Assembly: GCF_013177435.1 (NCBI RefSeq)
Contig: NZ_CP053627.1
Span: 1,710,001-1,742,000, forward strand
Direction: 5' to 3'
DNA from: Xylella taiwanensis
Lineage (GTDB): Bacteria; Pseudomonadota; Gammaproteobacteria; Xanthomonadales; Xanthomonadaceae
Length of the DNA: 32,000 bases
This document shows positions 8,297 through 20,598 of the stretch, piece after piece. The notes beneath the pieces were generated by a model, which worked only from the letters and a program-made list of their open reading frames with translations, was not told the DNA's origin and did no database searches. Numbering within the stretch: the first letter of the stretch is position 1; the number at the start of each line of letters is the position of its first letter. The position numbers and the translations under genes are program-made.

Positions 8297-10097
8297 AAAC
8301 CCACGTGATCCGCAAAAAACCGAGCCACGCTAGCGCTTCAGCCCAAGCAAGTCCAGCGACACGAATGCAGCAGTCAGCCCAAGCGCGCCCAAAATGACTG
8401 AATGCTCCCCATCCATCCCAAGACGCCTCCTGGAGTCCGGACGGTCACGCGTAAATGACAAGCAAACACCTCAAGAAAGCCTTTCAGGTTGCATTCCGAC
8501 AACGGAAAAACATCCAACACCCAGACATCTTTAAAACATCCAACAAAGTGATCTGATTCAGACACCTTTTTTGGATGACAGGGCGATGTCCCAATGCAAA
8601 GTGCGTGAGTGTGTGATTCAAACACCCCACTGTACCCATCGCCGGACGCTCCTCCCAGATACACATGTCCTCAGACAAACGACGCACCCACCCGCAACGG
8701 CATTGGCATCTTTGCTACAGCCATATCCCCCGGGGGAATAGGCGCGACAGACCTGCAAGTAACAACTGCATCAGCACAAGCACCCAGAAAACATCGCATC
8801 TATCAACATCAACACCTGCTGACCGATCTGAGATGGAGCAACCCATTGAACTTCAACCGCGTTACCCATGTGAGACTCCCTCAGAAGCGTACGACCACAC
8901 CCCCGGATATATACCACCGGAGTCACCTCACATCGCACACGACACCCCGCCTGCCATATCACCGAGATCAATCAACATCATGTGAGTCATGACCTGTGAC
9001 CACTGCGCAACCCAGGCAACCACGGCGCCGACTAGACACGTTGCACACCAAGCAAACCGACGCGACATCCGAATTCGAAAAACACGCCTACTTGGCTCAC
9101 TACCATCAGCAATCCGAGTATTCATTCCGAACCTTGGCCCTGTGATCGTTCCCGCGTGGCATCCTCTGATGTACGCCACACGTCACCACGAAAAACGCTG
9201 TCAGCCATTTAGAACTCAACAGACAGCCCCCCCGCTGACGCCTTCCCTGCCCGTTTCCAGAAAAACGTGCACGTCCTTCTCCCCCATGACGACCAGCACA
9301 CACAGCATCGGGACTATTTCCCATCGCACCACCATCACCGTCTCCTGTCAGACCCTCTGCAACACCACGCCCAGAGCAACGTAAAGATCGCTAGTGCCGG
9401 TATGGCTGCATCCACACTCGCAGACAATCACGCCAAACCCAGGTTGGAATCATGGTGCAGCGCTCATGACGATGATGACATCATCACCAGGATACATTTT
9501 CATAACCTGTGAAAATGATCACACCAACGCGCCCGGTCGTGGGTGACAATAACTCGATTTCCTGCACATGCATGGATCGCATGCAACCAGACAATGACGC
9601 ATACCAACAGCACCACCACAACAAACAATAGCAACCCAATGGTGTTGACACAGGCACTCAAGAGACACATCTTGCAGATTAAAAAATAAAACAGCCATGG
9701 CAGACATCACATCGCACACTCAGATCAACGAAGGACGCCCCGCAACGCCAGCACATGCAAGCTGACTATTCCACCCACTGAAAAAACGGTGGGCCGTCGC
9801 GTCGAACCAGCCGATCGAGTTACAGCACTTAGGATGCTCCGCACGCTGCACAACGTCTTCCTCCACTGCGGCTGTCCTCCTAACACCAGCTTGGCCGTTG
9901 GCATCGGCAATAACATTTATTCATTAAAAGCATTGATGTACGACCTTCAAAACAACACGCCTTCCTCAAGGCCAATGCCGCATGTTGCTGGCATACACGA
10001 AGCATCATTTTCCTAACGCATCACCCTCTACTCATGATGCGTCCCAAGATAAGCACCAGATAAGCACCCAGTTCGTATCACTAACCGAAGCAGACCC
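8297..10097. other. 1.8-kb gene-free tract with strong A+C excess on the + strand
   Basis: Hand counts give A24 C21 T9 G6 for 8761-8820 and C23 A18 G11 T8 for 9181-9240. All ORFs here translate to P/T/H/Q-rich low-complexity strings typical of compositional artefacts. Confidence 0.75.
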
Positions 10098-11621
10098 ATG
10101 ACCATTCATGATTTCGACCTACTGGTGGTCGGTGGCGGCATTAACGGTGCGGGCATCGCCCGTGATGCCGCCGGACGTCACTTGTCAGTCTGTCTATGCG
10201 AACAACACGATCTGGCCTCCCACACTTCCAGTGCCAGCACCAAGCTGATTCACGGTGGGCTGCGCTACCTGGAACATTACGAGTTTGCGTTGGTCAGCAA
10301 AGCATTGACCGAGCGCGAGGTACTACTGCGCCAAGCACCGCACATCGTCAGGCCACTGCACTTTATACTCCCGCACCAACCGCATCTGCGCCCAACCTGG
10401 ATGATCCGCGCCGGCCTGCTGCTGTACGACTACCTCGGCCTTGGCCGACGCACCCTACCTGGGTCACGTCGCTTGAACTTGACCAAACACCCCGGCGGGG
10501 AACCCCTAAAGACGGAACTACACACCGGATTCATGTATTGCGACGCCCAGGTCCAGGACGCGCGGCTCGTCGTGCTGAATGCAATGGATGCAGCACGGCG
10601 TGGCGCACGCATCCTCACCCGAACCCGCTGCATGACGATGCGCCGTGATGGCACGCATTGGCTGGCTGAACTGGAAGACGCTCAAGGGACACACCACGTG
10701 GTGCGTACCCGGGCCGTCGTTAATGCCACCGGCCCGTGGGCAGTAGCGTTCCTGGATAACATCGCTCAACAGCCACATCGTCACTCGCTGCGTCTGGTCA
10801 AGGGCAGTCACATCGTCGTGCCACGTCTGTTTAAGCATGACCATGCTTATATCTTCCAGCAACCGGACCGGCGCATCGTATTTGCCATTCCTTATGAACA
10901 AGATTTCACGCTGATTGGCACCACCGACGTCGACGACCAAGCCGACCCAGTTCATCCACACATTGACGCGGCCGAAATGACCTACCTGTGCAATGCAGTC
11001 AATGCTTATTTCCGTGATCAGATCACACCGGAAGATATCGTCTGGAGCTACAGTGGAGTGCGCCCGCTCCTGAACGATGCACACAGCAACGCATCGAAAG
11101 TCACCCGTGACTACCAACTGGAAATGCTTGGGAATGACGCACCATTACTCAACGTGTTCGGCGGCAAGCTCACCACCTATCGCAAGCTCGCCGAAGAAGC
11201 CGTGAACCAGCTATGTCGGGTGTTGGGACACCCCTACCGCGCCTGGACCGGCCATGACTCACCTCTGCCTGGCGGCGAATGCCACGACATCCAGGCGCTA
11301 GAGCGCACCCTGTGCCAACGCCGCCCCTGGCTACCTGCCTCCACTGCACAACGCCTGATACGCAACTACGGCACCTGTGCCGAAATGGTGCTCGGCGATG
11401 CCACCAACCTGCACACCCTGGGTATCCACTTTGGTGCTGATCTGTACCAAGCCGAAGTCGATTACCTGCGCACCTACGAATGGGCATGTAGCGCCGAGGA
11501 CATCCTCTGGCGCCGCAGCAAACTCGGTCTACGCTTAGACGCCGATGTCACCCAGCGTCTTGAAGACTATCTAAGCTGCTCCTCCCGTATACCGGAGGAA
11601 GCAAACACGACAACGGACTGA
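10098..11621 (+). CDS. glpD: Aerobic glycerol-3-phosphate dehydrogenase (FAD-dependent)
   Basis: 507 aa. The N-terminal DLLVVGGGINGAGIARDAAGR is an FAD-binding fold, followed by TSSASTKLIHGGLRYLE. It sits immediately upstream of glpF and glpK. Confidence 0.95.
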   Translation: MTIHDFDLLVVGGGINGAGIARDAAGRHLSVCLCEQHDLASHTSSASTKLIHGGLRYLEHYEFALVSKALTEREVLLRQAPHIVRPLHFILPHQPHLRPTWMIRAGLLLYDYLGLGRRTLPGSRRLNLTKHPGGEPLKTELHTGFMYCDAQVQDARLVVLNAMDAARRGARILTRTRCMTMRRDGTHWLAELEDAQGTHHVVRTRAVVNATGPWAVAFLDNIAQQPHRHSLRLVKGSHIVVPRLFKHDHAYIFQQPDRRIVFAIPYEQDFTLIGTTDVDDQADPVHPHIDAAEMTYLCNAVNAYFRDQITPEDIVWSYSGVRPLLNDAHSNASKVTRDYQLEMLGNDAPLLNVFGGKLTTYRKLAEEAVNQLCRVLGHPYRAWTGHDSPLPGGECHDIQALERTLCQRRPWLPASTAQRLIRNYGTCAEMVLGDATNLHTLGIHFGADLYQAEVDYLRTYEWACSAEDILWRRSKLGLRLDADVTQRLEDYLSCSSRIPEEANTTTD

Positions 11622-11681
11622 TCCTGGCACCTCCAAAGGATCGATCACACCACCCACCATACACTGAGGTGTTTCAGCTAC

Positions 11682-12536
11682 ATGAATATCCCCCCGCAAG
11701 AGCACACCATGAGCCGAGCGCTGTTCGGCGAACTGATTTCCGAAGCAGTCGCGATGTTCATCATCATCGCTCTTGGTGAATCCGTGGCCGCAATGTACGT
11801 CCTTTATGCTCCCAGTCCTTATCAAAACGCCTACTGGGGCGTATGCATCTCCTGGGGCCTAGCGGTGACAATTGCAATCTACGTCACCGCTTCGGTTTCC
11901 GGAACCCATGCCAATCCGGCCGTCACCCTGGCCATGGCGCTATTCCGCCACTTCCCGTGGAAAAAAGTACTGCCGTACTGGGGAGCGCAAGTCGGCGGCG
12001 CCTTCCTCGGTGCAATGATTGTGTACCAGCTATACAGCCCCGTCATCGACCACTACAACCACATCCACCAACTAACGCGCGACACCGGCGGTGCCGCCAG
12101 CGTGTTTTTCACCTCGCCGGGGTTGGCCATCACACCCATGCACGCACTTAGCGATGAAGTGATCCTGACCGCATTCCTGGTCTTCGGCATTTTCGCAATC
12201 ACCGAACGCTTCAACGAAGCAGCACCAACCGCCAACGCAGGGGCACTGATCATCGGTCTGTTGGTTGCGACGATCGGTGCCTGCACGGGCTATCTGGAAG
12301 GATGGGCCATCAACCCGGCGCGTGACTTCGGTCCACGTCTGTTCGCCTTTCTGGCTGGCTGGGGTGCAGCGGCGCTGCCCGGAAAAGATCACTACTGGTG
12401 GATTCCGATCGTCGGTCCCCTGATCGGTGGCGTGACGGGTGCAACCGCGTTCCAGTGTCTCATCTATCCATTCCTACCGACGCGGGTACGTGCCAAGCAA
12501 CAAGCCATGATGCTGTTGAACAGGCAGCATCCCTGA
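11682..12536 (+). CDS. glpF: Glycerol uptake facilitator (MIP-family aquaglyceroporin)
   Basis: It has two NPA boxes (HANPAVT and INPARDF) and a six-TM pattern. gaggtg lies about 10 nt upstream of ATG 11682 (alternative ATG at 11709). Confidence 0.93.
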   Translation: MNIPPQEHTMSRALFGELISEAVAMFIIIALGESVAAMYVLYAPSPYQNAYWGVCISWGLAVTIAIYVTASVSGTHANPAVTLAMALFRHFPWKKVLPYWGAQVGGAFLGAMIVYQLYSPVIDHYNHIHQLTRDTGGAASVFFTSPGLAITPMHALSDEVILTAFLVFGIFAITERFNEAAPTANAGALIIGLLVATIGACTGYLEGWAINPARDFGPRLFAFLAGWGAAALPGKDHYWWIPIVGPLIGGVTGATAFQCLIYPFLPTRVRAKQQAMMLLNRQHP

Positions 12537-14090
<1,554 letters not shown>

Positions 14091-14923
14091 GATCGGCATC
14101 AACCTCGAGCCAGCACCACAAACACTCATGAATCCGCCTCAAGCCACCCTGCACCCATCGCATTGATGTCCACATAGGCAGACAACATCACCAGCAACGC
14201 ACTGCATACAACGACTCTGCACAACGCTCGGGCAGGTCTGTGCTCTGACACAACAACGCAACCATGCCGGACGATATGGGCTGCAAGGTCGTGGCAGGTT
14301 ATAACGGCATTCTCCCCTGCCAGCATCGGAACCGCCGAACGCAGCGACACCACAGACGGAAAATCGAACCATCACATCACGCTGCTTGCTATCCAGTTTT
14401 TCGAAATATTCAATATCGTCTTCATGAATAAATGATTGAACTTGCGGACTGCCTATATTCCTTGATCGCTAGTTCGATCAAGCACAGGGCTTTGCACTCT
14501 CCTGCATTGGCGTGCATCGGATTCACGTAACCACATATTGATGAAATATGCAGGGCCATGGCGCTACAGCACCTCGTCTATTTCTCAGGGACGTCTTTTG
14601 ACTGCAAATGAGTGGTCGCGTTTCAGGGTGACCCAGGATTCGTGGAGCGTGAACTGAGCAACCTGCTGAATGCTATCGCTCTTCTCCAATAGGCTAGACG
14701 TGTGGCCTCTCAAGGCCACACGATCGACTTCGCATCGAATGGGAACACACGAAGGTCCGGTATTTCATTCCCTTTTCGACAACAGTGATCATGCGACCAA
14801 CCGACTCACCACGCGCCCGTTGTCGAGAAACACGCGTGCCGTTCACCTCACAAGACCTGCGCCTGTGAGAAAAGTGCAGCGTACCGAAACATGTTTTCCC
14901 CGCACGGAGCATCGACAACGCTT

Positions 14924-15691
14924 TTAAATCGCCGCGGCAGCAAAGCCTCCATCGACCGGCAGGTTGACACCGTTGATCCAGCGCGCGGCATCGGACGCCA
15001 GGAACACCACCGCCTCAGCCACCTCATCCGCGTAAGCAGGCCGCTTCATCTTGGCCGCATCAGCCTGCACTCGCTCCGGACCGAGCATGGTCGCAAAATC
15101 ACCCAGAATCGGCGTAAATACCGGGCCGGGCGCAACACTGTTGACCCGCACGGCATGCTCGGCAAACCAATCACGCGACCGCAGCATGGTCCAGACGATC
15201 AACGCTTCCTTAAAGTACTGATAACAGCTAGAAGCCGGCACCGGATGCGCCGCCAACCAATCCAGCCCGGCAGCGAAATCCGGGGTGGAAGCTAATTGCT
15301 TATGCAGTTCCAGCCGTTGCGGCCATTCCGCACCAAGAAGCGAAGTCATGTTGATCACACTGCCTCCCGGCGCGATGCGTGGCAGCAATGCATGACTCAA
15401 GTGACGCAACCCTAAATAATTGACCTTGGCAACGACATCAACCGGCGCAGTGCCTGGCACACCAGCAATGTTAGCCAGCACATCGACACGTTCGGGCAAC
15501 TGCGCGATCAAGGTATCCATCGAAGCAGGATCACCAAGATCAGCGTGATGGAACCCATGCAAAGTCATGGTGACTGGCTGACAATCGATACCAATCACCG
15601 TAGCCCCTTGGAAACGCGCCAGCCGGGCCACCTCTGCGCCAATGCCAGACGCCACTCCGGTAATGAGCACTGTCTTATTGTGCAAATTCAT
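14924..15691 (-). CDS. Short-chain dehydrogenase/reductase (SDR) family oxidoreductase
   Basis: It has the TGVASGIG cofactor-binding motif, a catalytic Ser region (NMTSLLG) and a YxxxK motif (YQYFK). 255 aa. Confidence 0.88.
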   Translation of the reverse strand: MNLHNKTVLITGVASGIGAEVARLARFQGATVIGIDCQPVTMTLHGFHHADLGDPASMDTLIAQLPERVDVLANIAGVPGTAPVDVVAKVNYLGLRHLSHALLPRIAPGGSVINMTSLLGAEWPQRLELHKQLASTPDFAAGLDWLAAHPVPASSCYQYFKEALIVWTMLRSRDWFAEHAVRVNSVAPGPVFTPILGDFATMLGPERVQADAAKMKRPAYADEVAEAVVFLASDAARWINGVNLPVDGGFAAAAI

Positions 15692-16041
15692 GTATTAGGA
15701 ACCCCGTAGGCAAAATAGCCATCGCTGCAATCCCGGCGAGCATACGTGGATGTGAAAATTTTATTAGCGACAGCATGCTCACTTCATATCGTCACCAAGC
15801 CGCACAGCCTGCAGCACATCGCCCTCATGGGGTGTCACAACGCCACCGTTCCCAGAAGCGATGACGGTAATCAACCTAAGATGCGTGTCTATACCCTTTT
15901 GGAGCACGTCGCATCATTCCCGCTTCCGGCGCATGCTTGGACCTGGACATATCCCCTTCACGATCTGGCCAACACCACCATCATTCAGCACAGCACTCTC
16001 AAGCAATTCCCGTATTCCCCTCTCTCCAGAAGGTGACCACG

Positions 16042-16908
16042 ATGTTTGACATTCCCGGCATGAGCACAGGTGATTTTCATGGTTTCCCCGCACTGCTGAT
16101 ACACACCCCGTTCTCACGTGCCGTGATCAGTGTGTTTGGCGGACAGTTACTCTCCTTCGTACCGGCCGGTGGCGAGGAGGTCATGTGGCTCTCCCCATTG
16201 GCCCAGCAACCACCAACCCCGATCCGCGGCGGTATTCCAGTCTGTTGGCCTTACTTCGGCCACCAAGGACAACGCGACACTATGCCCGCACATGGGTTCG
16301 TACGCACTGTGCCATGGCAACGGGTGGAAAGCTGCCAAGAGACCGATGGAAGTCTGTTTCTCGTCCTGGTGCCGCCGCCATTCAAACAGGTGGGGTTACG
16401 TCTGCGGATGACACTGCGTATCGGCCGCACCCTGGAACAAGAGTTGGCCACCGAGAACCTCAGCCAAGTCCCGCTCAGCTTCACCCAAGCGCTGCACAAC
16501 TATTTCAGGGTGAGCAACGCACTGGAAGTCACGGTCCAGGGACTGGACGGGTTGGAATACCTCGACAAATTCGAGGGCTATACCCAACGCCACCGCCAGC
16601 AGGGCGATTGGACCTTGCAGGATCCACGTGATCCGGGCCGTGCAGATCGTATCTATGTCGAAGCCGGCGGTCATTATGTACTGGTCGATCCACTGTTCGC
16701 CCGACGCATCGTGTTGACGACCCAGGGTAGCCGCAGTCTGGTGGTCTGGAATCCAGGTCAGGCCGGCGCAACCCACATGATCGATGTTGCCGAGGGCTGG
16801 CGCGACTATGTCTGCCTGGAACCAGCCAACGCAGGACCAGACGTGATCGAACTGCCTCCCGGAGCACGCCATGTGCTGCGCCAGACCATTGCCGTGGCAC
16901 CGCTGTAG
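16042..16908 (+). CDS. Aldose 1-epimerase family protein (D-hexose-6-phosphate mutarotase, YeaD-like)
   Basis: It contains the RGGIPVCWPYFG motif and has the typical length of about 288 aa. I start it at ATG 16042 (agaagg 9 nt upstream), because the 35-aa extension in the ORF track is His/Ser-rich and unlike homologues. Confidence 0.85.
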   Translation: MFDIPGMSTGDFHGFPALLIHTPFSRAVISVFGGQLLSFVPAGGEEVMWLSPLAQQPPTPIRGGIPVCWPYFGHQGQRDTMPAHGFVRTVPWQRVESCQETDGSLFLVLVPPPFKQVGLRLRMTLRIGRTLEQELATENLSQVPLSFTQALHNYFRVSNALEVTVQGLDGLEYLDKFEGYTQRHRQQGDWTLQDPRDPGRADRIYVEAGGHYVLVDPLFARRIVLTTQGSRSLVVWNPGQAGATHMIDVAEGWRDYVCLEPANAGPDVIELPPGARHVLRQTIAVAPL

Positions 16909-17129
16909 CACACATCCGATAGCCTCACCGACATCCGACACCCTGATCGGCACATCGCCAGAGTGCGTCAATCGCTGCCGAGAGACCATCTCGGGCCCGA
17001 GTCTATTGCCTCCCCAAGTACGCCTGTCACCCCAGAACGGATATCAAGACCGAAGTAACCACGCCACGATTGAAGTGCACTGATGCTTGACCTGGACATG
17101 CGCGGCACCTACGCTGCACATGCTGAGTC

Positions 17130-17320
17130 TTTCATCGCTACATCTCGATGAAGCGATGGAGTTGAAGGAAAGCCCGGTGAAGGATGCTTGCATCCCATTC
17201 CGGAGCGACTCAGCAAAGGTGAATGGAAACGACCCCCGTTATCCACCCTGGGCACCGGCGCGCCCCTGGAATATGACGGGTAGTAGGCTTTCCGTGTGCT
17301 CGCACGGCCTGTCCATACAC
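17130..17320 (+). promoter_or_regulatory. Candidate cobalamin (B12) riboswitch in the metE leader
   Basis: The metE leader is 632 nt and non-coding. GAAGGAAAGCCCGGTGAAGG (17164-17183) resembles the GGGAA..GGTG..AA core. CCGGAGCGACTCAGCAAAGGTGAATGGA resembles E. coli btuB CTGGAGCTGACGCGCAGCGGTAAGGA. GGCCTGTCC (17306-17314) is an imperfect B12-box-like ACCTGCC. This is by-eye matching only. Confidence 0.38.
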
Positions 17321-17540
17321 CCCAATATCCATCTGGACCGTAGGATCACATGATCCTTGGTTTCAGCTTGGCGCTCCGCGGGAAGCGACCCGGCCCGCAT
17401 TGAGCAGACATGCGTCCGCACGCTGCCCACTCCAACCGGTTCGCCGGCGAAGGAGAAGGCCGATGACATGACATCGGTAACGGGCAAGCTGCACAGTTGT
17501 TTCGTTCTTCATCGCCCTTCAAGTACTGAGAACACCCACT

Positions 17541-19817
17541 ATGACAATCGTGACCAACCTGGGTTTCCCGCGCATCGGCGCACGACGCGAGCTCAAGCGC
17601 GCGCTGGAAAGCCACTGGCGTGGCGACACCGATGCCACGCAGCTGCAACACACCGCCTGCGAACTTCGTGCACGGCACTGGCGGCTACAACGCGAGGCGG
17701 GTGTAGACCTGCCACCGAGCAACGACTTCAGCCTATATGACCACGTCCTGGATACCGCATTCCTGGTCGACGCCATTCCACAGCGCTACCGCACCCTGGC
17801 AGATGCTGATCCGCTGGCCGGTTACTTCGCGATGGCGCGTGGTCGCCAAGCTGACGGGATTGACCTGCACGCTCTGGAGATGACCAAATGGTTCGATACC
17901 AATTACCACTATCTCGTCCCAGAACTGCACCGCGACCAGCATTTCGCGTTACGTGGCGACAAACCGGTCGCCGAGTTCAAAGAAGCACTGGCGCTGGGTA
18001 TTCGTACCCGCCCGGTGCTGCTCGGACCGGTGAGCTTTCTCTTGCTGTCCAAGACAGTGGATGGCAGCAACTGGCTCGACCTGCTGGAGCGTTTGCTGCC
18101 GGTCTACACTCAATTGCTGAGCCAATTGCAAGCCGCCGGTGCGGAATGGGTACAACTAGACGAACCAACACTGGTGCTGGACCTGGACACACACACGCAG
18201 CAAGCATTCCGTGACGCCTACGCCACACTGACTCAGGGACCACGTCCAAAACTGCTGTTGACCAGCTACTTTGGTTCGCTCGGCGACAATCTCGGACTGG
18301 CGTTGCAACTCCCTGCCGATGGCATACACGTGGACTTGGTGCGTGGCACCGAACAGTTGGACGCCGTCCTCAAAGCATTGCCCGCGGGGCGGGTGCTCTC
18401 CGCTGGCCTGGTGAACGGACGCAATATATGGCGCACCGCACTGGACAACGCACTGACGCTGGCACGCTACGCGCAGGGCCACGTCGGTGCGGATCGGTTA
18501 TGGCTGGCACCGTCATGCTCGCTACTGCACGTGCCGGTAGATCTGGAACAAGAAAAAAACCTGGATCCCGATGTACGTCACTGGCTTGCATTTGCCAAGC
18601 AAAAACTTGGCGAACTACATGTGCTGGCAGACGCACTGGACGGTAAGCCGACAGCCGAAACGGCACTGGCGCAAGCACGCCAGGCATTGGAGACACGGCG
18701 CCAATCACCGAAGGTCCACCGCCCCGAAGTGGCACAGCGCCTCGCCGCACTCAGACCAGAAACCACCCGGCGCAACACAGCCTACCCGCAGCGCCGTCAA
18801 GCACAGCAGCACGCACTCAACCTGCCTGCTTACCCGACCACCACGATTGGTTCATTCCCGCAGACGCTGGAGGTACGCGAGGCCCGCGCTCAATTCAAAT
18901 CCGGCAAGTTGTCCGAAACCGACTATGAGGTGTTTCTGAAGGCAGAAACCGAGCGCTGCGTGCGTACCCAAGAAGAGATCGGACTGGACGTCTTAGTGCA
19001 CGGCGAGTTCGAGCGCAACGACATGGTCGAATACTTCGGGGAACAGTTGGATGGCTTCATCTTCACCAAGTTCGGCTGGGTACAGAGTTACGGATCGCGC
19101 TGTGTCAAGCCTCCCATCATTTATGGCGATGTGGCGCGCCCGGCGCCGATGACCGTGGCTTGGTCTGCTTATGCACAATCACTCACCGCCAAACCGCTGA
19201 AAGGGATGCTCACTGGTCCAGTGACGATGCTGCAATGGTCGTTCGTACGCGATGATCAGGAACGCGCCCAGACATGCCGACAGATCGCACTGGCACTGCG
19301 CGACGAAGTCCAGGATTTAGAGGCGGCTGGAATCAGCGTGATTCAAATCGACGAACCAGCCATCCGTGAAGGTCTGCCACTACGCCGTGGCGAATGGGCG
19401 GACTATCTGAACTGGGCCGTGGACAGCTTCCGCATTGCCTCTTCGAATGTACGCGACACCACCCAGATCCATACTCACATGTGCTACTCGGAGTTCAACG
19501 ACATCATCGAAGCCGTGGCTGCATTAGACGCGGACGTCATCTCGATCGAGACATCACGTTCACGCATGGAGTTGCTGGATGCATTCGTGAAGTTCCGCTA
19601 TCCGAACGCTATCGGCCCTGGGGTGTACGATATTCACTCGCCGCGTGTACCACAGGAAGAGGAAATGGTGCAGCTATTGAAAAAGGCACGTGCGGTATTG
19701 GCGCCGGAACAATTGTGGGTCAATCCAGACTGCGGTCTAAAAACACGTGGCTGGAAGGAAACCCGGGCCGCACTACAAACGATGGTGCACGCCGCACAGC
19801 GGCTGCGCGCCGAATGA
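17541..19817 (+). CDS. metE: Cobalamin-independent methionine synthase (5-methyltetrahydropteroyltriglutamate-homocysteine S-methyltransferase)
   Basis: 758 aa with the N-terminal LGFPRIGARRELK and a C-terminal HTHMCYSEF zinc-site region. The two-domain MetE architecture is present. Confidence 0.97.
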   Translation: MTIVTNLGFPRIGARRELKRALESHWRGDTDATQLQHTACELRARHWRLQREAGVDLPPSNDFSLYDHVLDTAFLVDAIPQRYRTLADADPLAGYFAMARGRQADGIDLHALEMTKWFDTNYHYLVPELHRDQHFALRGDKPVAEFKEALALGIRTRPVLLGPVSFLLLSKTVDGSNWLDLLERLLPVYTQLLSQLQAAGAEWVQLDEPTLVLDLDTHTQQAFRDAYATLTQGPRPKLLLTSYFGSLGDNLGLALQLPADGIHVDLVRGTEQLDAVLKALPAGRVLSAGLVNGRNIWRTALDNALTLARYAQGHVGADRLWLAPSCSLLHVPVDLEQEKNLDPDVRHWLAFAKQKLGELHVLADALDGKPTAETALAQARQALETRRQSPKVHRPEVAQRLAALRPETTRRNTAYPQRRQAQQHALNLPAYPTTTIGSFPQTLEVREARAQFKSGKLSETDYEVFLKAETERCVRTQEEIGLDVLVHGEFERNDMVEYFGEQLDGFIFTKFGWVQSYGSRCVKPPIIYGDVARPAPMTVAWSAYAQSLTAKPLKGMLTGPVTMLQWSFVRDDQERAQTCRQIALALRDEVQDLEAAGISVIQIDEPAIREGLPLRRGEWADYLNWAVDSFRIASSNVRDTTQIHTHMCYSEFNDIIEAVAALDADVISIETSRSRMELLDAFVKFRYPNAIGPGVYDIHSPRVPQEEEMVQLLKKARAVLAPEQLWVNPDCGLKTRGWKETRAALQTMVHAAQRLRAE

Positions 19818-19881
19818 ACGCAGGCTTATCTGAACACAGCCGGGGCGGGGAACCGTCCCGGCACGCACTGGAGCACGCTGT

Positions 19882-20592
19882 ATGAGGTCCCATCCATCCC
19901 CCCCCGTTCGCCCGCCTCTGCAACTGCCACAAGGTGAGCGCCTGCTATTACATTCGTGCTGCGCTCCTTGCTCGGGCGAACTTATGGAAGCCTTTGTGGC
20001 ATCCGGTATCGACTACACCATTTTCTTTTATAACCCCAACATCCATCCACTCAAAGAATACGAACTGCGTAAGCAGGAAAATATCCGTTTTGCCGAGAAA
20101 CACGGCGTGCCGTTCATTGATGCCGATTACGACACCGATGCTTGGTTTGCGCGCGCCAAGGGGATGGAGAACGAACCCGAACGCGGCATCCGATGCACCA
20201 TGTGTTTTGATATGCGCTTCGAACGCACCGCACTGTACGCCTACGAGCACGGCTTCCCAGTGATCACCAGTTCTCTAGGGATCTCGCGCTGGAAAAACAT
20301 GCAGCAGATTAACGACTGTGGCCACCGCGCCGCTGCACCTTATCCCGGTCTGGTCTACTGGGATTACAACTGGCGCAAACACGGCGGTAGCCAACGCATG
20401 ATCGAGATTAGCAAGCGGGAGCACTTCTACCAGCAGGAGTATTGCGGCTGCGTCTACTCGCTGCGGGACAGCAACCACCATCGCCGCGCCCAGGGCCGGG
20501 AACGGATCAAACTCGGCGTACTGTACTACGGCGACACACCTGAATCGGTAACTGACACGCCATCTCGTCAACCGCCTGAAGCAATCGATTAA
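19882..20592 (+). CDS. queH: Epoxyqueuosine reductase QueH (DUF208)
   Basis: It contains [14 protein letters not shown] and QEYCGCVYS cysteine motifs characteristic of QueH. ggagc lies 8 nt upstream of the ATG. Confidence 0.88.
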   Translation: MRSHPSPPVRPPLQLPQGERLLLHSCCAPCSGELMEAFVASGIDYTIFFYNPNIHPLKEYELRKQENIRFAEKHGVPFIDADYDTDAWFARAKGMENEPERGIRCTMCFDMRFERTALYAYEHGFPVITSSLGISRWKNMQQINDCGHRAAAPYPGLVYWDYNWRKHGGSQRMIEISKREHFYQQEYCGCVYSLRDSNHHRRAQGRERIKLGVLYYGDTPESVTDTPSRQPPEAID

Positions 20593-20598
20593 AGGACC

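Noticed and set aside
8374-9719. Several 60-130 aa ORFs on both strands in the 8.3-10.1 kb tract
   Set aside because: Their translations are P/T/H/Q-rich (+ strand) or G/V/C/W-rich (- strand), as expected from A+C-skewed DNA. They lack start contexts and recognisable motifs, and they overlap one another.
10518-11117. 199-aa antisense ORF inside glpD. Similar antisense or out-of-frame ORFs occur at 12474-13127 (glpK), 16396-16989 (mutarotase), 20275-20799 (queH) and 20944-21558 (ligase).
   Set aside because: They lie wholly within strongly supported genes on the opposite strand or in another frame. They are typical shadow ORFs of GC-rich coding DNA.
17239-17247. ttatccacc, an 8 of 9 match to a DnaA box; the AT-rich tract at 361-1310 was also considered as a possible origin
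   Set aside because: It is a single isolated box inside the metE leader. I saw no cluster of DnaA boxes or 13-mer AT repeats of oriC type in the AT-rich tract.
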